Position numbers and translations under genes: made by a program
Source: Camelus dromedarius
Lineage: Eukaryota
NCBI RefSeq assembly: GCF_036321535.1
Contig: NC_087450.1
Span: 49,662,001-49,726,000, forward strand
Direction of reading: 5' to 3'
DNA length: 64,000 nucleotides
The notes under the pieces: generated by a model
What the model saw: the letters and a program-made list of their open reading frames with translations, nothing else
Databases searched by the model: none
What the model was told of the DNA's origin: nothing
Part shown: positions 1-13,400 of the stretch, piece by piece
How the letters are laid out: every line of letters starts with the position of its first letter
Position numbering within the stretch: position 1 is the first letter of the stretch

Positions 1-3000
1 CAAATATGAAGCCGAAATAAATATATTCACAGATACACAGAGACTGAGGAAATCCATTTCTAGCATACTTAAATCACCAAAAAGACAAAAAGAAATCTTT
101 CAGGCTGAAAGGAAGTGACACTTGAGGGTAGCTCAAATCCAAAAGAATAAATAAAGAGCACTGGAAATGGTAAATGCTTTGCTCTATAAATTTATATTTT
201 ATCATTTTTTTCTCTTAAATTTTTAAAATACAAAAGATGGAATAAAAGTAAAAAAAAAGTTTTTGTGTTTGTGTTTATAATATATAGATATAACATAAAA
301 ATATTAGCACAAAAGAAGAAGGAGATATACTGGAGAAGAGAGTCTGTATTTTACTACAATTAAGTTAGCATTATTTTGAAGTAGATTGGGATATATTCAA
401 AATATACATTGTAATTCTGAGAGCAATTGCTAAGAAAATAACTAAAGATAGGCAGTAAAAAATTAATATAGGAATTAAAATGACAGTTGTAAAGTATTGA
501 CTTTAAAAAAGATAGTAAAGAAAGGGGAAACAAAAAAAGACCAATGATAAACAAATATCAAAACTGCAGAAGTAAAACCAAACATATTACATTAAATGTG
601 AAAAGTTTACACAACCCCATTCAAATATCATGGAAGTACAGACTGGGTAGAAAAGCATATCCGTTAACTGCTGTCTACAAGAGATGCATATTAGATTCAA
701 AGACATAAATATGTTGAAAATAAAATAATGGAAAAATTAAATAAATAACATGTAACAGTGACCATTAAAAAAGCTAGAGTGATTATATTCATATTACATA
801 TAACAGACTTTCAGACAAGAATTTTTACAAAGATGGACATTTCATAACAATAGAAACATCATTAGAGATTATATTAAAATTATAAATACATATACACCTA
901 TCAATAAAGCCCAAAAATACATGAAGCAAAAACTGGCAGAACTGAAAGAAGAAATAGACAATTTAACAACAATAGTTAGAGATTTCAATGGCCTACTCAC
1001 AAAAATTTAAAAAAAAAAAAAAGCTAGAAAGAAATTAGCATTGGCATAATGACTAAAATGACACTATCAAACAACTTGCTCCAATCAACATCAACAGGAC
1101 ACATCAGCCAAAGTCTGCAAAATGCACTCTTTTCAAGTACACATAAAACATTCTCCAACTTGCTGAGCCATAAAACAATTCCCCAAAAGTTTAAAAGATT
1201 GAAAATATATGAATCATAATCTCTGACCTCTTGAAGTTAAATTGTTAATCTACAACGGAAACAAATCTGAGACAGTCCAATATACAGACATTAAACAACA
1301 CACTTTAAATAACCCATGTGTCAAAGGAGAAATCATAAAACAATGTGAACTATTGGAACTATGAAAACACATTATATTTATGGAATACAGCTGAAGTCTT
1401 AGAGGTTCTGAAACTTTAAATGCCTACATCAGAAAAGAAAAAAGCCTCAGATCAATCACCTTTGCTTCCACGTTGTCAAGTTATAAAAAAAGAGCAAAAT
1501 AAACTCAAAGCAAGAATAAGCAAGAAAGTACTAAATATTAGAGTAAATCACTGAAAATGTCAAGAAAACAGGAACACAATAGAGAAAAATCACAAAACCA
1601 AAAGCTGATTTTAAAAAAAAAATCAATAAAATTGATAAACCCTTAGGTAGGCTGACAAGAAAATAAAACAAAAGTAACAGATTGCCAAAATCAGTGATGA
1701 AAAATGGTTTATTAAAAAAAACTTATTAAGAGGTTTATAAGGAAATATTAGCTTAACTAAATGCCAATAAATTATACAAATCAGAATATATGGGTAAATT
1801 CTTAGAAAGATACACATGATCAAAATTCACTCAGAAAAAAAGAAGAAATAGAATGGAATAAACCTATAAAATTTAAGGAAATTGAAATAGTAATTTAAAA
1901 TATTCTCACAGAGAAAATTTTAGGCATGGGGGGTTTCACTGATGAATTATACCAAAGGTTTAAAGAAGAAAAAATACCATTTTTTCACAAGCTCTTCCAG
2001 AAAATATACTGAAAAGGAGTACTTCCAAAGTCATTATTCATGGCCTGTGTTACCATGACAACACAAACTTACAAAGACATCCAGAAAAGAAACTACAGAC
2101 CAATAGCCAGCATGAATAGAGATGTATGTATCTTAAACAAAATATTAGCACACTGAATTCAGCAGTATTTAGTAAGGATTATACATCATGACCGAGTGGA
2201 ATTTATAGCAGGAATGCAAAGTTGGCTAAATATATGAAAATCAATTACTGTAATGTGCTGAAAGAAAGGACAAGACCGACATGATAATCCCAATGGATGC
2301 AAAGAGCTTGTGAAAAAAAATTCAACACCCTTTCATAATAATATTTCACTACAAACTAGGAATAGTGGTATCTTCCTTAAAACACACACACAAAAAAAAA
2401 ATCAAAACAAAAACTTTCATCTAACATTATACTTAATGGTGAAAAACTAAATGCTTTCCCCCAAAGGTGAGGAAAAAGGCAAAGATGTTCTGCTCTGCTC
2501 TCTTCATTTGTATTTAACATTGTACTGGCGACTTTAGCCAATACATTAAGGCAAGAGGAAGGAGGGGTGGGTGGAGAGGAACAGGGAGAAGAAATTAAGG
2601 GAATTCAAATCTGAGAAGATAAAACAGTCTTTATTTGCAGATGACATAATCCATATGTAAAGGATCCTACTCTCACACACAAAAAAACTTACTAGAATGA
2701 ATAAATGAGTTTAGCAAGGTCATGAGATACAAGATTAATACCTAAAATCAACTGAATTTTAACTAGCAATGAGCTATCAGAAAATAAAATCAAGAAAACA
2801 ATTCCACTCAGAATAGCATCAAAATAATAATAAACATTGGAAAAGGTTTAAAACAAGATGTACAAGATTTTATGTTGAATATCATAAAACACTGCTGGAA
2901 CAAATTAAATTTAAATAAATGAAGACACATGCTATGTTCATGGATTGAAATATTTTCTCCAAATTGATCTATACATTTAATTAAATCTTTGTCAAAATCC

Positions 3001-4625
3001 CTGCAAGATTTTTTCATAGAAAATAGCAAGCTACATTTAAAATGAAAAGATTTAGAATAGCCAAAACAATTTTTCAAAAGAACAACAAATTTGAAGGGCT
3101 TAAATTACCATATTTGAAAATTTACTATAAAGCAACAGTAAAGGAGACAGTGTGTTATTGGCATAAGGATAAGCACATAGATCAATGAAACTAACTAAGA
3201 GTCCAAAAATATATTCTTATGCTTATGGTCAATTTTTTTGACAAAGGCATTTCAATAAACAAATGATATTGACTGGTATAATTAGACAGCCACATGCAAA
3301 AGAATGAATTTAGGTGCTTACTAAAAATGCACTTGGTATCAATCACTAACCTAAATGTAAGTGCTAAAACTATTAAAACTTTTCAAAGACAACATAAGAG
3401 TGAAATTTCAAGATTTTGGATTAGGCAAAGAGTTATTAGATACAAAGCCAAAGGCTAGATATATTTTTAAATATATGTATAGGTAAAATAGTAATTTATA
3501 ATGTGCAATATTATATATTGTTATTTTATTATAGAAATAATCATAATTTATGATTATATAATATTATATAATTCATTCTTTTACTATTTAAAATAAATGA
3601 TATACTTCATTAAATTATACTTCATTAAAATGAGAAATATTAATACTTCAAAAGACACCATTAAATAAATGAAATGACAAAGCACAAACTGAAAGAAAAT
3701 ATTTGGAAGTTATATATCTGATAAAGGACTTCCATCCATAATACATATTATATAACATACTGTATAATGTACAATTTAATAATAGCATAATATTTTATAG
3801 CATAATAGTATATGACAACTCAAAAATAAGAAAAGTGACCTATAATTGATAAAAACTTGTACTGTATATACCAAATAACACATTCAAAGGGCTAATAAGC
3901 ACATGAAAATTTGCTACACATTTGTTAGGAAATAAGTTAAACCTACAAAGAAATACCACTACATACCTAGAAGAATGATTATAATCAAAAAGTCTGACCA
4001 TACTAAGTTTTGGAAAAGTTGTAGAGAAACGGAAACCCTCACACAGTGCTGTAGAAACATAAAGTGGTTATAGCCAATTTGGAAATCAGTTTGGCAATTT
4101 CTTAAAAAATGAAACATAAACTTACCATATGACCCAGCAATTCCACTCATAGTAATGTACCATAGAGAAAGGAAAACATGCCCACACAATAATTTTATAC
4201 CCAAACGTTCATAGAAACATTTTTCTATAATTGTCAAAAACTAAACAATCCAAGTATCCATCAAATGTTAAGTGGGTAATATAATAAAATACGATACACA
4301 TCCGCAACTATTTAGTAACATAAAGCAATGAAATACTGATACGTGTTGCAACATGTATAAACCTTAAGAGCATTGCACTAAATGAAAAAAGCCAGACAAC
4401 AAAGAGTACAAATTGTAGGATTTCATTTATATGAAATGTCTAAAACAGGTAACTTTATAGATACAGAAAGCAGATCAATGGTTGTCTGACAGGGGTACCC
4501 ATTGCAGTGGAGAATGACTGCAAATGAGCTCACGGGGAATTTTTAGAGTAGTAAAGGATCACAGTGACAGTTGCACATCTCCATAAATTCAATAAATATC
4601 ATTGATTTGTATACTTATAAAAAGT
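1..4625 (+). mobile_element. Old LINE-1 (L1M-type): end of ORF1, nearly full-length decayed ORF2, 3' UTR
   Basis: An endonuclease-start-like segment from ~585 (acattaaatgtgaaa...ctgtctacaagagatgca). RT-region motifs at 2150-2700 (ttgcagatgacataat). C-terminal region at 4000-4160 (ccatatgacccagcaattccactc). Many stops and frameshifts; AT-rich inserts at ~3455-3600 and ~3730-3815. Confidence 0.95.
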
Positions 4626-5024
4626 GAGTAAGAATCAGTCAGTTTCTGCTCTCAAACGTCACCTATTAACCATTTTGATGGATGCAGAATGAAGTACTCA
4701 GGTATGGTCTTACACAAAGGCAAAGAGCTAGGTTTTTAAAAGAAAACGGTAACACTAAAATTTAAATCCAGTATTGAAAATGACAAATTGGCATGTGCAA
4801 ATCCAGTCAACATTATTTGAAGCCATGCAAATAGGACTTTTATAGATGCCCCCAAATATTTAAGTGACACGCTACTCCTTTCTGAAAGGACATAAGGTAA
4901 TAGATGGTACCAACATTTTGAAGCTAGGTTAGCTCACTTCAGCATCCTTCATTGAGAACTGAACTAATGGCAAGGACTGTGTACGTTCTAAAGATTCGAG
5001 CATGACAAAGTTCAGCTTCCTTTA

Positions 5025-5120
5025 CAAGTCCTGGCCTACTAAATACTCCTTGTGGACCTTGGGCAAAACACTTGACTCCCCTGAGTACCAGCTCCCCTCT
5101 CTGTAAAATAGGGATGCAAT
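5025..5120 (+). mobile_element. MIR fragment
   Basis: MIR core-like gaccttgggcaaaacacttgactcccctgag...ctgtaaaataggga. Confidence 0.75.
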
Positions 5121-5373
5121 GAGAAAACATATGTGAACTGTATAGAAGGCAAACAGAAAATGTTTCATGCTAACTACATTTCTGAAATAAGTGGTAAGTG
5201 GCTGTGGTTTTAATAACTGTGGGTTTTTCAGGGAGCTGCAACTAAATGCTGGCTTCATTACAGGGATTTGGAGAAAGTAACAGATGTTCTTTGAACAGAA
5301 ACCTGCTGAGATAAGCCATCCAAAGTGTCCAACCAGGTAAATGAAATGAGTCATGATTGACATTATTTCTCAC

Positions 5374-5415
5374 CTGTGGAGTTCCACTGTTCCTTCCAAA
5401 TTTGGAGCTTTGTTT
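5374..5415 (-). other. Candidate 42-nt exon (unassigned transcript)
   Basis: On the minus strand: tgacattctgttgtgcttcttttcag | 42 nt | gtgaga, with CAG before the donor. Lies in unique sequence and all three frames are open. No homology recognised. Confidence 0.35.
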
Positions 5416-5639
5416 CTGAAAAGAAGCACAACAGAATGTCAAGGAGCTGTTCCTCTCAAAGCCATAAAGCTGTCTAGGCTTCCTGGAAGCTCATGAGAGC
5501 CAGAGCTCCCAGGCTGGGAATCTGAAAGCAGGGAGGAACTGCAGTGAGTGTAGAAGTGAAAGATCCCAGGAAGGGGAGAGGGACAGACGCCTGGCAATCC
5601 AGTCAAGGCACAATGCAAAATCCTGAGGACACACTAGTG

Positions 5640-5830
5640 CTCAATTAAACCCAACTGACCAAATATGTCTGAAGCTTAAGTTATGCCTAAAACTATTCCA
5701 GGACCTTGAGCTATAGAGTCAAAAATAAGACCTGGTCCCTCCCTTTAAGAAGTTCACAGATATGTAGAAGAGATAGATGTTAACAAATAATAATAAATGT
5801 GAGAAATGCAACAATTGGAATAGATACCGG
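5640..5830 (-). mobile_element. L2 3' fragment
   Basis: Resembles the reverse L2 tail (aaaataagacctggtccctccctttaagaagttcacaga). Confidence 0.65.
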
Positions 5831-5979
5831 GAAAGAACAGTCGATCACTTCAGGTTAAGCCACCCAATTTTACAAATTCTAGCAATTGAAAGGATTTTTA
5901 TGCATCAAGGAAAATTGCAATATAACAAACCCTAAAAGCTGATTTAACAATTGGGTTTCCAGAGAACACTTCTTTTTGT

Positions 5980-6340
5980 GCTATTAGTCAGGATTTGGGG
6001 GCTGGAAGTGCTAGAAATACAAAACCAAATTAGTTTCAACAAAATAGGCAAGCTTGGAGAAAGGTGGGGGTAGGTATCTCTGGGCTTCAGAGATAACCAC
6101 ATAACTGTGTGGTCTCAAATACCACCCAGGATTTCTTTCTACGTCCCCTTCTCTCTGTATGTCAGTTTCTTTCTCTCCGATCCGCTGCTTCTGTGCAACC
6201 AAAACCATGACTACTGTGACCTCCAAAATTTATGTTTCAAATTCTCCATGGAGAGAAGGTCTGACACTTGCACTTTCTAAATTGATTCAAAAATCTAAAG
6301 AAGCATGATTCTAACATAGGTGGAGTTACCATCCTTGTGG
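5980..6340 (-). mobile_element. Old MaLR LTR (MLT1J/K-like), degraded
   Basis: Starts tattagtcaggatt...ggctggaagtgctagaaatacaaaaccaaattagtttcaacaaa, which resembles old MLT1 ends. Confidence 0.5.
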
Positions 6341-7602
6341 CTGGAAATGTGAGAAATGTGGAGCCTTCACACCAGAATTACGTGATTGATATGGAAGAAG
6401 AGAATTTCTTAAAAGGAGGAAAGTACATTTCTCAGAAGAAGGGGCAGCTGTGTACAAGCAGAAAAAATAATCCTTTTCACTACATTGTTTTGCTTTAAAT
6501 TCCCATCCATCCTTTTTCACATTTCTTGAATCTTGCCCCTGACCCCAACCCCTGTTCAATCCTGTGACAAATCTCCCATCTCTACCCACCCCATACGGAC
6601 CTGTTTTAAAAGTCAGGCTTTGTAAGGACTAGGCAACATGATTTCTAGATCCCGTGCACCTTTGGGAATGGGAATATTAATTACAAAAGAGATCACAAAA
6701 GACAGAATTACTCCTGGAGAGGGAAGCCAAGGAGCCAATACTGGAGGAGCTAGTGAAACATGGAGGAAATGGAGTATAATGATGCATCCAGTAATTAAAG
6801 AGGCATTTTACGTGATCTAGAGAACACAAAACCCTCTTGACAGATATTCTGAGTAATCAACTTTCTTTACCAAGTATAAGCTCTGAGTGCTTCTGATAAT
6901 ACATTACATTTAATCATTTTTCCCTTTTACACATAATGGCACATTAAACACAAATAAAGAATAGTAGTGATTATCTTCCCAATGAAATATGGAGTAAAAA
7001 CCATTTCTGCAATCCCAATGACTTGTTTGTCTTTAATAAGACAAGTGCATGTGGATGCATGTGTGTTGAGGAGGGGCAACAGGCAATATCAATCAATTGT
7101 ATTCATAAACACAGCTTAGAGGCAGACCCTGCATAATTTAGACTCTCCCCTGGCTTGCTGCTCCTGCAAGCAGGCATGCTTATGTTGCATTACCATTTTG
7201 ATTGAATGAACAGGGTCAATAATGTCACTTTTTCTCATCCAAGGAAAGAAAATTATTCTGAATCCAATCATCAATCAATGGATGTAATCAGTCTGCTTAA
7301 AACACCTTGGATTCTCTATTTCTAGGAACACAATTGTAAAAGACGTAGTTTGGACTGACTTGTTAATTCTACTGCATCACAACTAAAATGTTAAAAGGCC
7401 ACCTAGAATTCAACATGTGCTCTGCTATTAACAAGATTATGGCAAGGGATTCATTTGAGAAGTTAGGGTCTGCACTCTGAGACCTCTGGTATCTGCATTC
7501 ATTTGCATATAATTGTTTATCCATTACTTTGCCATACCATACAGCTACACTATTTTTCTATAATTTCTGGAGGTTAATGGCTTTTTTTCCCCCTCTAAAT
7601 TC

Positions 7603-7750
7603 NNNNNNNNNNNNNNNNNNNNNNNNNNNNNNNNNNNNNNNNNNNNNNNNNNNNNNNNNNNNNNNNNNNNNNNNNNNNNNNNNNNNNNNNNNNNNNNNNN
7701 NNNNNNNNNNNNNNNNNNNNNNNNNNNNNNNNNNNNNNNNNNNNNNNNNN
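7603..7750. other. N run, 148 nt (gap or masked sequence)
   Basis: Directly visible. Confidence 0.99.
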
Positions 7751-8373
7751 AGAAATAAAGAAATTAATCCTCATCTTCCATTTAGGGAGAGAAAACAGAC
7801 TGAGACATCTTGCACCATACAAATCTCTGACTTAGCCTTCACTCAGCCTTTTGTGCAAGTAAATATAATTACTGAGCAAAAGAGAGGAACAAAAGAGCAG
7901 ATTTTCAATCTCTCCCTGAATGGCCAGAATAATCAGCAGGCAGCTGGAGATGAGTGGGTTTCAATTGTAGCTATCATGTTCATGAATCCTCTGACGAGGC
8001 ACAAGTGTCGGGAGACCTGGGCAGTGGGGCATGATTAAACGATGTGGCTAGGCAAACTCACCCGACACTGTCTGGATGTCTGCTCCTGGTACAAACATCA
8101 GCTACTTCCTCTCCTTCCTTTCAGTCATTGTGTATGTGCTTTTTGTTTCTTAAATAGTAATAGAGAAATAGTATTTCTAAAAATGTTTCAACTGAGTACC
8201 TCAATGTTGGAAAAAACAGATACATATTAAAAGTTATATTTAAACATACTGAGGCGGAGGTAAAGAAAGGCAAAATTGAGATGCCAAAAATGTTGCAAGT
8301 CATTGGTGAGCTAGAACTGGAGTCACAGAATGGTCTGAGGACATCTGCTAACATGAGAAAGCCTAAATTCAGC

Positions 8374-8905
8374 TTTTAAAAAATTGTTTTAATTGTGATT
8401 AAAATACAAATAACACAAAATATGACCTTTTAATTATTTTTAAGTGTACACTTCAGTGGCACTAATTACATTCACACTGTTGTACAACCATAATCACTAT
8501 CTACTTGAAAATCTTTTCTATCACCCCAAACAGAAACTCTTACTCATTAAGCAATGACTCCCCATTACCTGCTCCTCCATCTTCTACTTTTTGTTTCTAT
8601 GAATTTGCCTTTTCTAGATATTTCATGTAAGTGGAATTGTACAATATTTGTCCCTTTGTGACTGACCTATTATTATACTTAGCATATTATTTTCAAGGTT
8701 CATCCATGTTGTAACGTGTGTCAGAACTTCATTTCTTTTTAAAGTTAAATAATATTCCATATGTATAAATGTGCCGCATTTTGTTTATCTATTCATGTGT
8801 TGATGGGTACTTGGGCTGTTTCCATCTTTTAACTATTGTGAATAATGCTCCCATGAATGCTGGTGTACAAACATCTGCTCCAGTCTCTGTTCTCAATTTT
8901 TTTTT
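8374..8905 (-). mobile_element. LINE-1 3' end (L1MA/L1MB-like)
   Basis: Typical reverse L1M 3' UTR: aagtgtacacttcagtggcactaattacattcacactgttgtacaacc...ttttcaaggttcatccatgttgta. Confidence 0.92.
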
Positions 8906-10284
8906 TTTGTATATACATCTACGATAGATCCAGAGTTTTAATGGGCCACATCAAATTAAGAGAAAGTAGGCATGGCGTGGAGAACCAATATCTGGAAGGA
9001 GCTTGGATTAGGGAGTCCCTAATAAATCTGAGACCACCAAGGAGCAATACCCTTGATAAGTGAAACGGAAACCATAAAACTCCTCCTGCAGAAAGCTTGC
9101 TTCATAGAACTTGGTTGTGAATGTATAGAACAGAGAGAAAAAGAAAAAGTAATTCAGAGAATTCCTAAACCAGAGCCCTGGGTCACATGGGTATGTGGCT
9201 GCAATTCACACTATCTATGTGGCCTGAAAAACCTTAAGCCAAATGGTCTTGACTTGATTGGGCTCTGAGTAATTAACAAAAACAAACACAGACTTCCTTT
9301 GTTAACTATAACTTTTCAAGAAACGTGAGCCAACAATAAAAAATCATTAAATAAGTGTAATTCACATACAAATAAAGTCAGCAGAAAAAACGTAAACTAT
9401 AAAATCAACCCCAAATAGCTCCAGATGTTAGAAGTATCCAGTATTTTCCAGGTCACCTAAAATGTATAATTGAAGGAATGATCTAAAAAGGAAGCAGAGA
9501 TAAATGAAGAAAGAAAAAGTATAAAATTGAGGTGAAGATACAGAGGACATAGAATAATAAGGGTCAACATATCAAATGAGAAAACAAGGAAAGAATACCA
9601 AAAAAATGTGAGTAGCAATACTTAGAGATTTCGTAGTTAAGAATTTTCTGCAGTAGATTAAAGACAACGATCCTTAAATTCTAGACAATCAACAAATCCC
9701 AAACAGAATAAAGAACAAGAGATCAATATCAAATTAAGCCAGCTGAAATGAAATTAATGAAGTTGTAGAACCTTTAAATAGATAAAGGATAAAAGTGAAA
9801 AACATATTTGCTTTTAGAAAAATGACAAGTAGATTGACAGCCAACTTTTAAGCACCAAAAACTGGAAGCCAGAGTTGCTGTGAGAAAATAACCTTCAATA
9901 TTAGACTTATATAACAGAAATAATATCCAAAAACAAAAAGTAAAGTGGATACTTTCAAACAAATAAAAACTGACAGAGGTCACAAACAACAGACCTTTAC
10001 TAACAGAATAAGTAAAGGAGAAGACAAAGGGAGAAACAACATGATTCCAGAAGAAAGATCTAAGACGCAAGAAAGAATTGTGAAGAATGAATGCCATGTA
10101 TTATACATATATACAAATGATCATTTTCTTTATAAAATAATGACTTCTAAGTGGGGTGCAGAAAAATCAAAATAGAACTAATGTCTTGAACAATAATTGT
10201 ATGTAAAAAGCACACAAATAAAAGTTTACAAATTGTAAGTGCTTTGTTTCATTTGGGAGAAAAAGTTTAACATTAAATTTGTGT

Positions 10285-10362
10285 AGTAAAATATGCATGC
10301 TTTGACTGGGACACTGTGCTGTACACCAGAAATTGACACACTGTAAATGACTATAGTTCAAT

Positions 10363-10365
<3 letters not shown>
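10285..10365 (+). mobile_element. Extreme 3' end of a young cetartiodactyl/camelid-type L1
   Basis: gactgggacactgtgctgtacaccagaaattgacacactgtaaatgactatagttcaataaaa matches the remembered camelid L1 terminus. Confidence 0.8.

Positions 10366-10422
<57 letters not shown>
10366..10422. repeat. Perfect (TA)n microsatellite, ~28 units
   Basis: Directly visible; sits where the L1 poly(A) tail is expected. Confidence 0.98.
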
Positions 10423-10423
<1 letters not shown>

Positions 10424-13400
10424 CATATTTAGCAAATTTACAAAAAATATATAATACAATACAAAATATACAGGGAAAATAATACAATGCAATTTTCTAT
10501 GACATATACTATAAAATAGACACAGAAAAAAAGAATAAAATCAGAAGGAAAATAAATTAATCTTTAAAAAGTTATGAAATGAGAGACAGAGAAGAAGAGA
10601 AGAGAAATAGCAAAAGCAAGACAAAGTGAGACCCCAAAATAACATGGCAGATATAAATCCACATACACAAAACCCATACTCAGTGTTTATGTAAGAGACA
10701 AATTTCATCAAACTGGACTTGAAAAAATCCATATATATATTGTTTTCAGGAGACACACTGAAAATTAAAGTGCTTTGGATAAACTAAATTGATGAACCTC
10801 TGGCAAAACTTATTGTGAAACAAAAGGAAAGAAGACATACAAATAACTAATATCAGGATTGAAATGACAGATGTAACAAGAGAGATTTTAAAAGCTAAGA
10901 GCCTATTATGAAATCTGTGTGCCAAAGAAATTGGAAATTTAGGTTCAGCGGAGGCATTCTAAAGAAAATACAAATTACAAAAATTTCCTAAGAGGAAATT
11001 TAAATCTCAGTGGTTCCTTAAACATTAACAAAATTCAATCAAGTAAATAAAAATTTCCCGTTTTGTGGGGATACCATCAGGCTTCCATGGTCTTAGAGAA
11101 AAGTTCTAATAAAATTTCAAAAAAGCTGATAAGAATAAGAAAGATACTCTTGTGCTTTTACACATTTTTAAAGAACACAAAAAGACTACTACCCAGCTTT
11201 TTTATGAGGGTAGTAAAATCTTGACATCAAAACCAGAAAAGGACAATGCAAGAAAGAAAATCTGCAAGTTGATCTCATTTATGTAATAGATGCAAATTTC
11301 TAACTATCTACCAAATTCAGTAATGGATTTAAAAATGTAACACATCATTATCAAATTGGGAGTATGCAGGAATATATTTTTTTTTAAACAAATGCAATTA
11401 CCACATAGTCACATTAAAGAAAAAACCCATATATGATTATCTCAATTGCAGAAAATATATTCAAAAAATTCAACACCCAGTATTTGTTTAAAAAAACCAA
11501 ACTGTTAGCAAATGATAAATAAAAGAAAACTTTCATATCCTGATTATCTTAAAACCTTTGAATAGACATAATTTTTAACAGTGAAATATTGAAGCATTCT
11601 TTTTTTAAAAAATGGGAGAAAAACAAGAAGAAAATACCCACTACTGCCTTTTCTTTTCAACAGACAACTTTTTCAACTTTATAGTAAGACAATAAGAAAC
11701 TAAAAGTGTAAGGATTGGAGAAGAGAAAAAATATATCATCATTGCTGATCACACAGCTGCTTACATAGAAACCCAAAAGTATATATCGATAAACTATTAG
11801 TATTAATGAAAGAAAGCATTCATTAATTATGTTTCTGGACCACAAGATAAATATGTAAAAATCAATGCATCAGCAATACACACCAACAATAAACAAAAAT
11901 GTACGTTTTAAAAAGATCCCCTTTTAAAATTGCAACAATAAATATAAAGTACATAGGAATAAATCCAACAAAAGATTATGAATTATTTATGCACAAAGTT
12001 ATAAAAGTTAACTTAAAAATTATAAAAATTTATGTAAATAAGGAAAAATGACATATTCATGAATAGAAGGAATTAAATAGTGCAAAGATTCTGTCCAAAC
12101 TGATCTATAGCATCATTGAAATTCTAATCAAATGCTCAACAGAGACCCAGAAACAAAATTGATGCACATATGAAAAGAGGATATATGAAGGAGCTGGCAT
12201 TGCCGTTCAGTTGGGACAGAATGGATTTTTCAGTTAATTTCGTTGGGAAAATTGTATTCCCACATTTAAAAAAGTGAATCCCTACTTTCAAGCACATCCT
12301 GATAAATTAGAAACTTAAATGTAAATTCTAAAACCTTGAACTATTTAGCAGAAAATCACTGAAAAGATCTTTACAACTTTAGAATGGTGAGAATCTATCA
12401 AATAATACATAAAAACATTAGGCCTAAAGCAAAAGATAAATAAAAAAAATAGATTTGACTACATTAAAGTTAGTAACCTGGTGAATGTGAATTAAATCCA
12501 CACAAGATGCCATTTCACATCTTTCTCAACATCTTCATATTCAACCTGGCCCACTTGTTCCCTCTGATCACTTATTACTGCAGGAGAAGAGTTCCTGGGT
12601 CACAGGATATGCACACACTGGTACCTTCTAGCTACACCTGGCTTCAGGAGTGGAGGGTAGAGAAAGAAGGAAGTTGCTCAGTGTTACAGAGAAATGCCAT
12701 ACTGTTTGTAAAGCGGTTTACCTGTTGCATTCACATTGGCTTACATGCATGAGTGTTTGCTTTGCTCAGATCCTCACTAAGGCTGGGTATTTTCTAACTA
12801 TTAAACACCTGGAAGGTGAGGCATCACCAGTTATCAGTCCTTAAAAGAAGGGAGTCAAATCTGTCTTCCATCACCACTTTCCCCTACGCGTCATCCTCAC
12901 ACTCCTCTCCAGCCCAGTCCATCTCTTTTAGGTAATCAGTGCATGTTTACCCTCTTCTCTTGCCTTGAAAAATTTACTGTCAGGAAGGAGTATGTTTTCA
13001 GACCTCTGTGCCACAGGGATTTGTGAGTCTCAATGATGTTGAGACCTTCTTCAAAAAAGCAACTTGCCCATAGCAGAGGGAAAGGTAGCCAGTTCTCGGC
13101 TTGGGGCACAACTCACTATTCTGAACCCCGGTACAAAGAGTGGGAGAGCTTAAAGAGGCTTTGTCTCCATTACTTTAAGGATTAACCGTTTAGTTGAATC
13201 GGAGTTGCCATCGTACAGTCTAGTTTCATACAACACAGAGTGAGAAAATTCTCCTAGATTCCAGCAACAGGTCAACTGTCAGTCTGGGTTCTTGGTGTTT
13301 CCAAGAGTAATTTATCTTTGCTGGCGTCTTCCTAGGGATTTCAGTGTAAAATCAAGAGAGGCAGAGTGAGTGTTACCAGGAGCTACAGCCATAGTCTGCA

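Larger units (their letters stand above)
8930..12480 (+). mobile_element. Old LINE-1 (L1M/L1ME-like): ORF1 remnant plus heavily deleted ORF2
   Basis: ORF1-like A-rich sequence at 9350-10130. ORF2-like segments at 10500-12480 (aaaattcaacacccag, ttgctgatcacacagctgcttacatagaaaccc). Interrupted near 10285-10422. Confidence 0.85.

Noticed and set aside
7529-8038. Longest ORF (169 aa) and the other X-containing ORFs at 41.3, 56.0 and 56.9-57.8 kb
   Set aside because: They stay open only because N runs contain no stop codons.
13117-13332. Minus-strand segment between an acceptor-like site and GTGAGT (EDASKDKLLLETPRTQTDS*)
   Set aside because: All frames are closed and the donor context (ATA|GT) is weak; it cannot be distinguished from a cryptic site.
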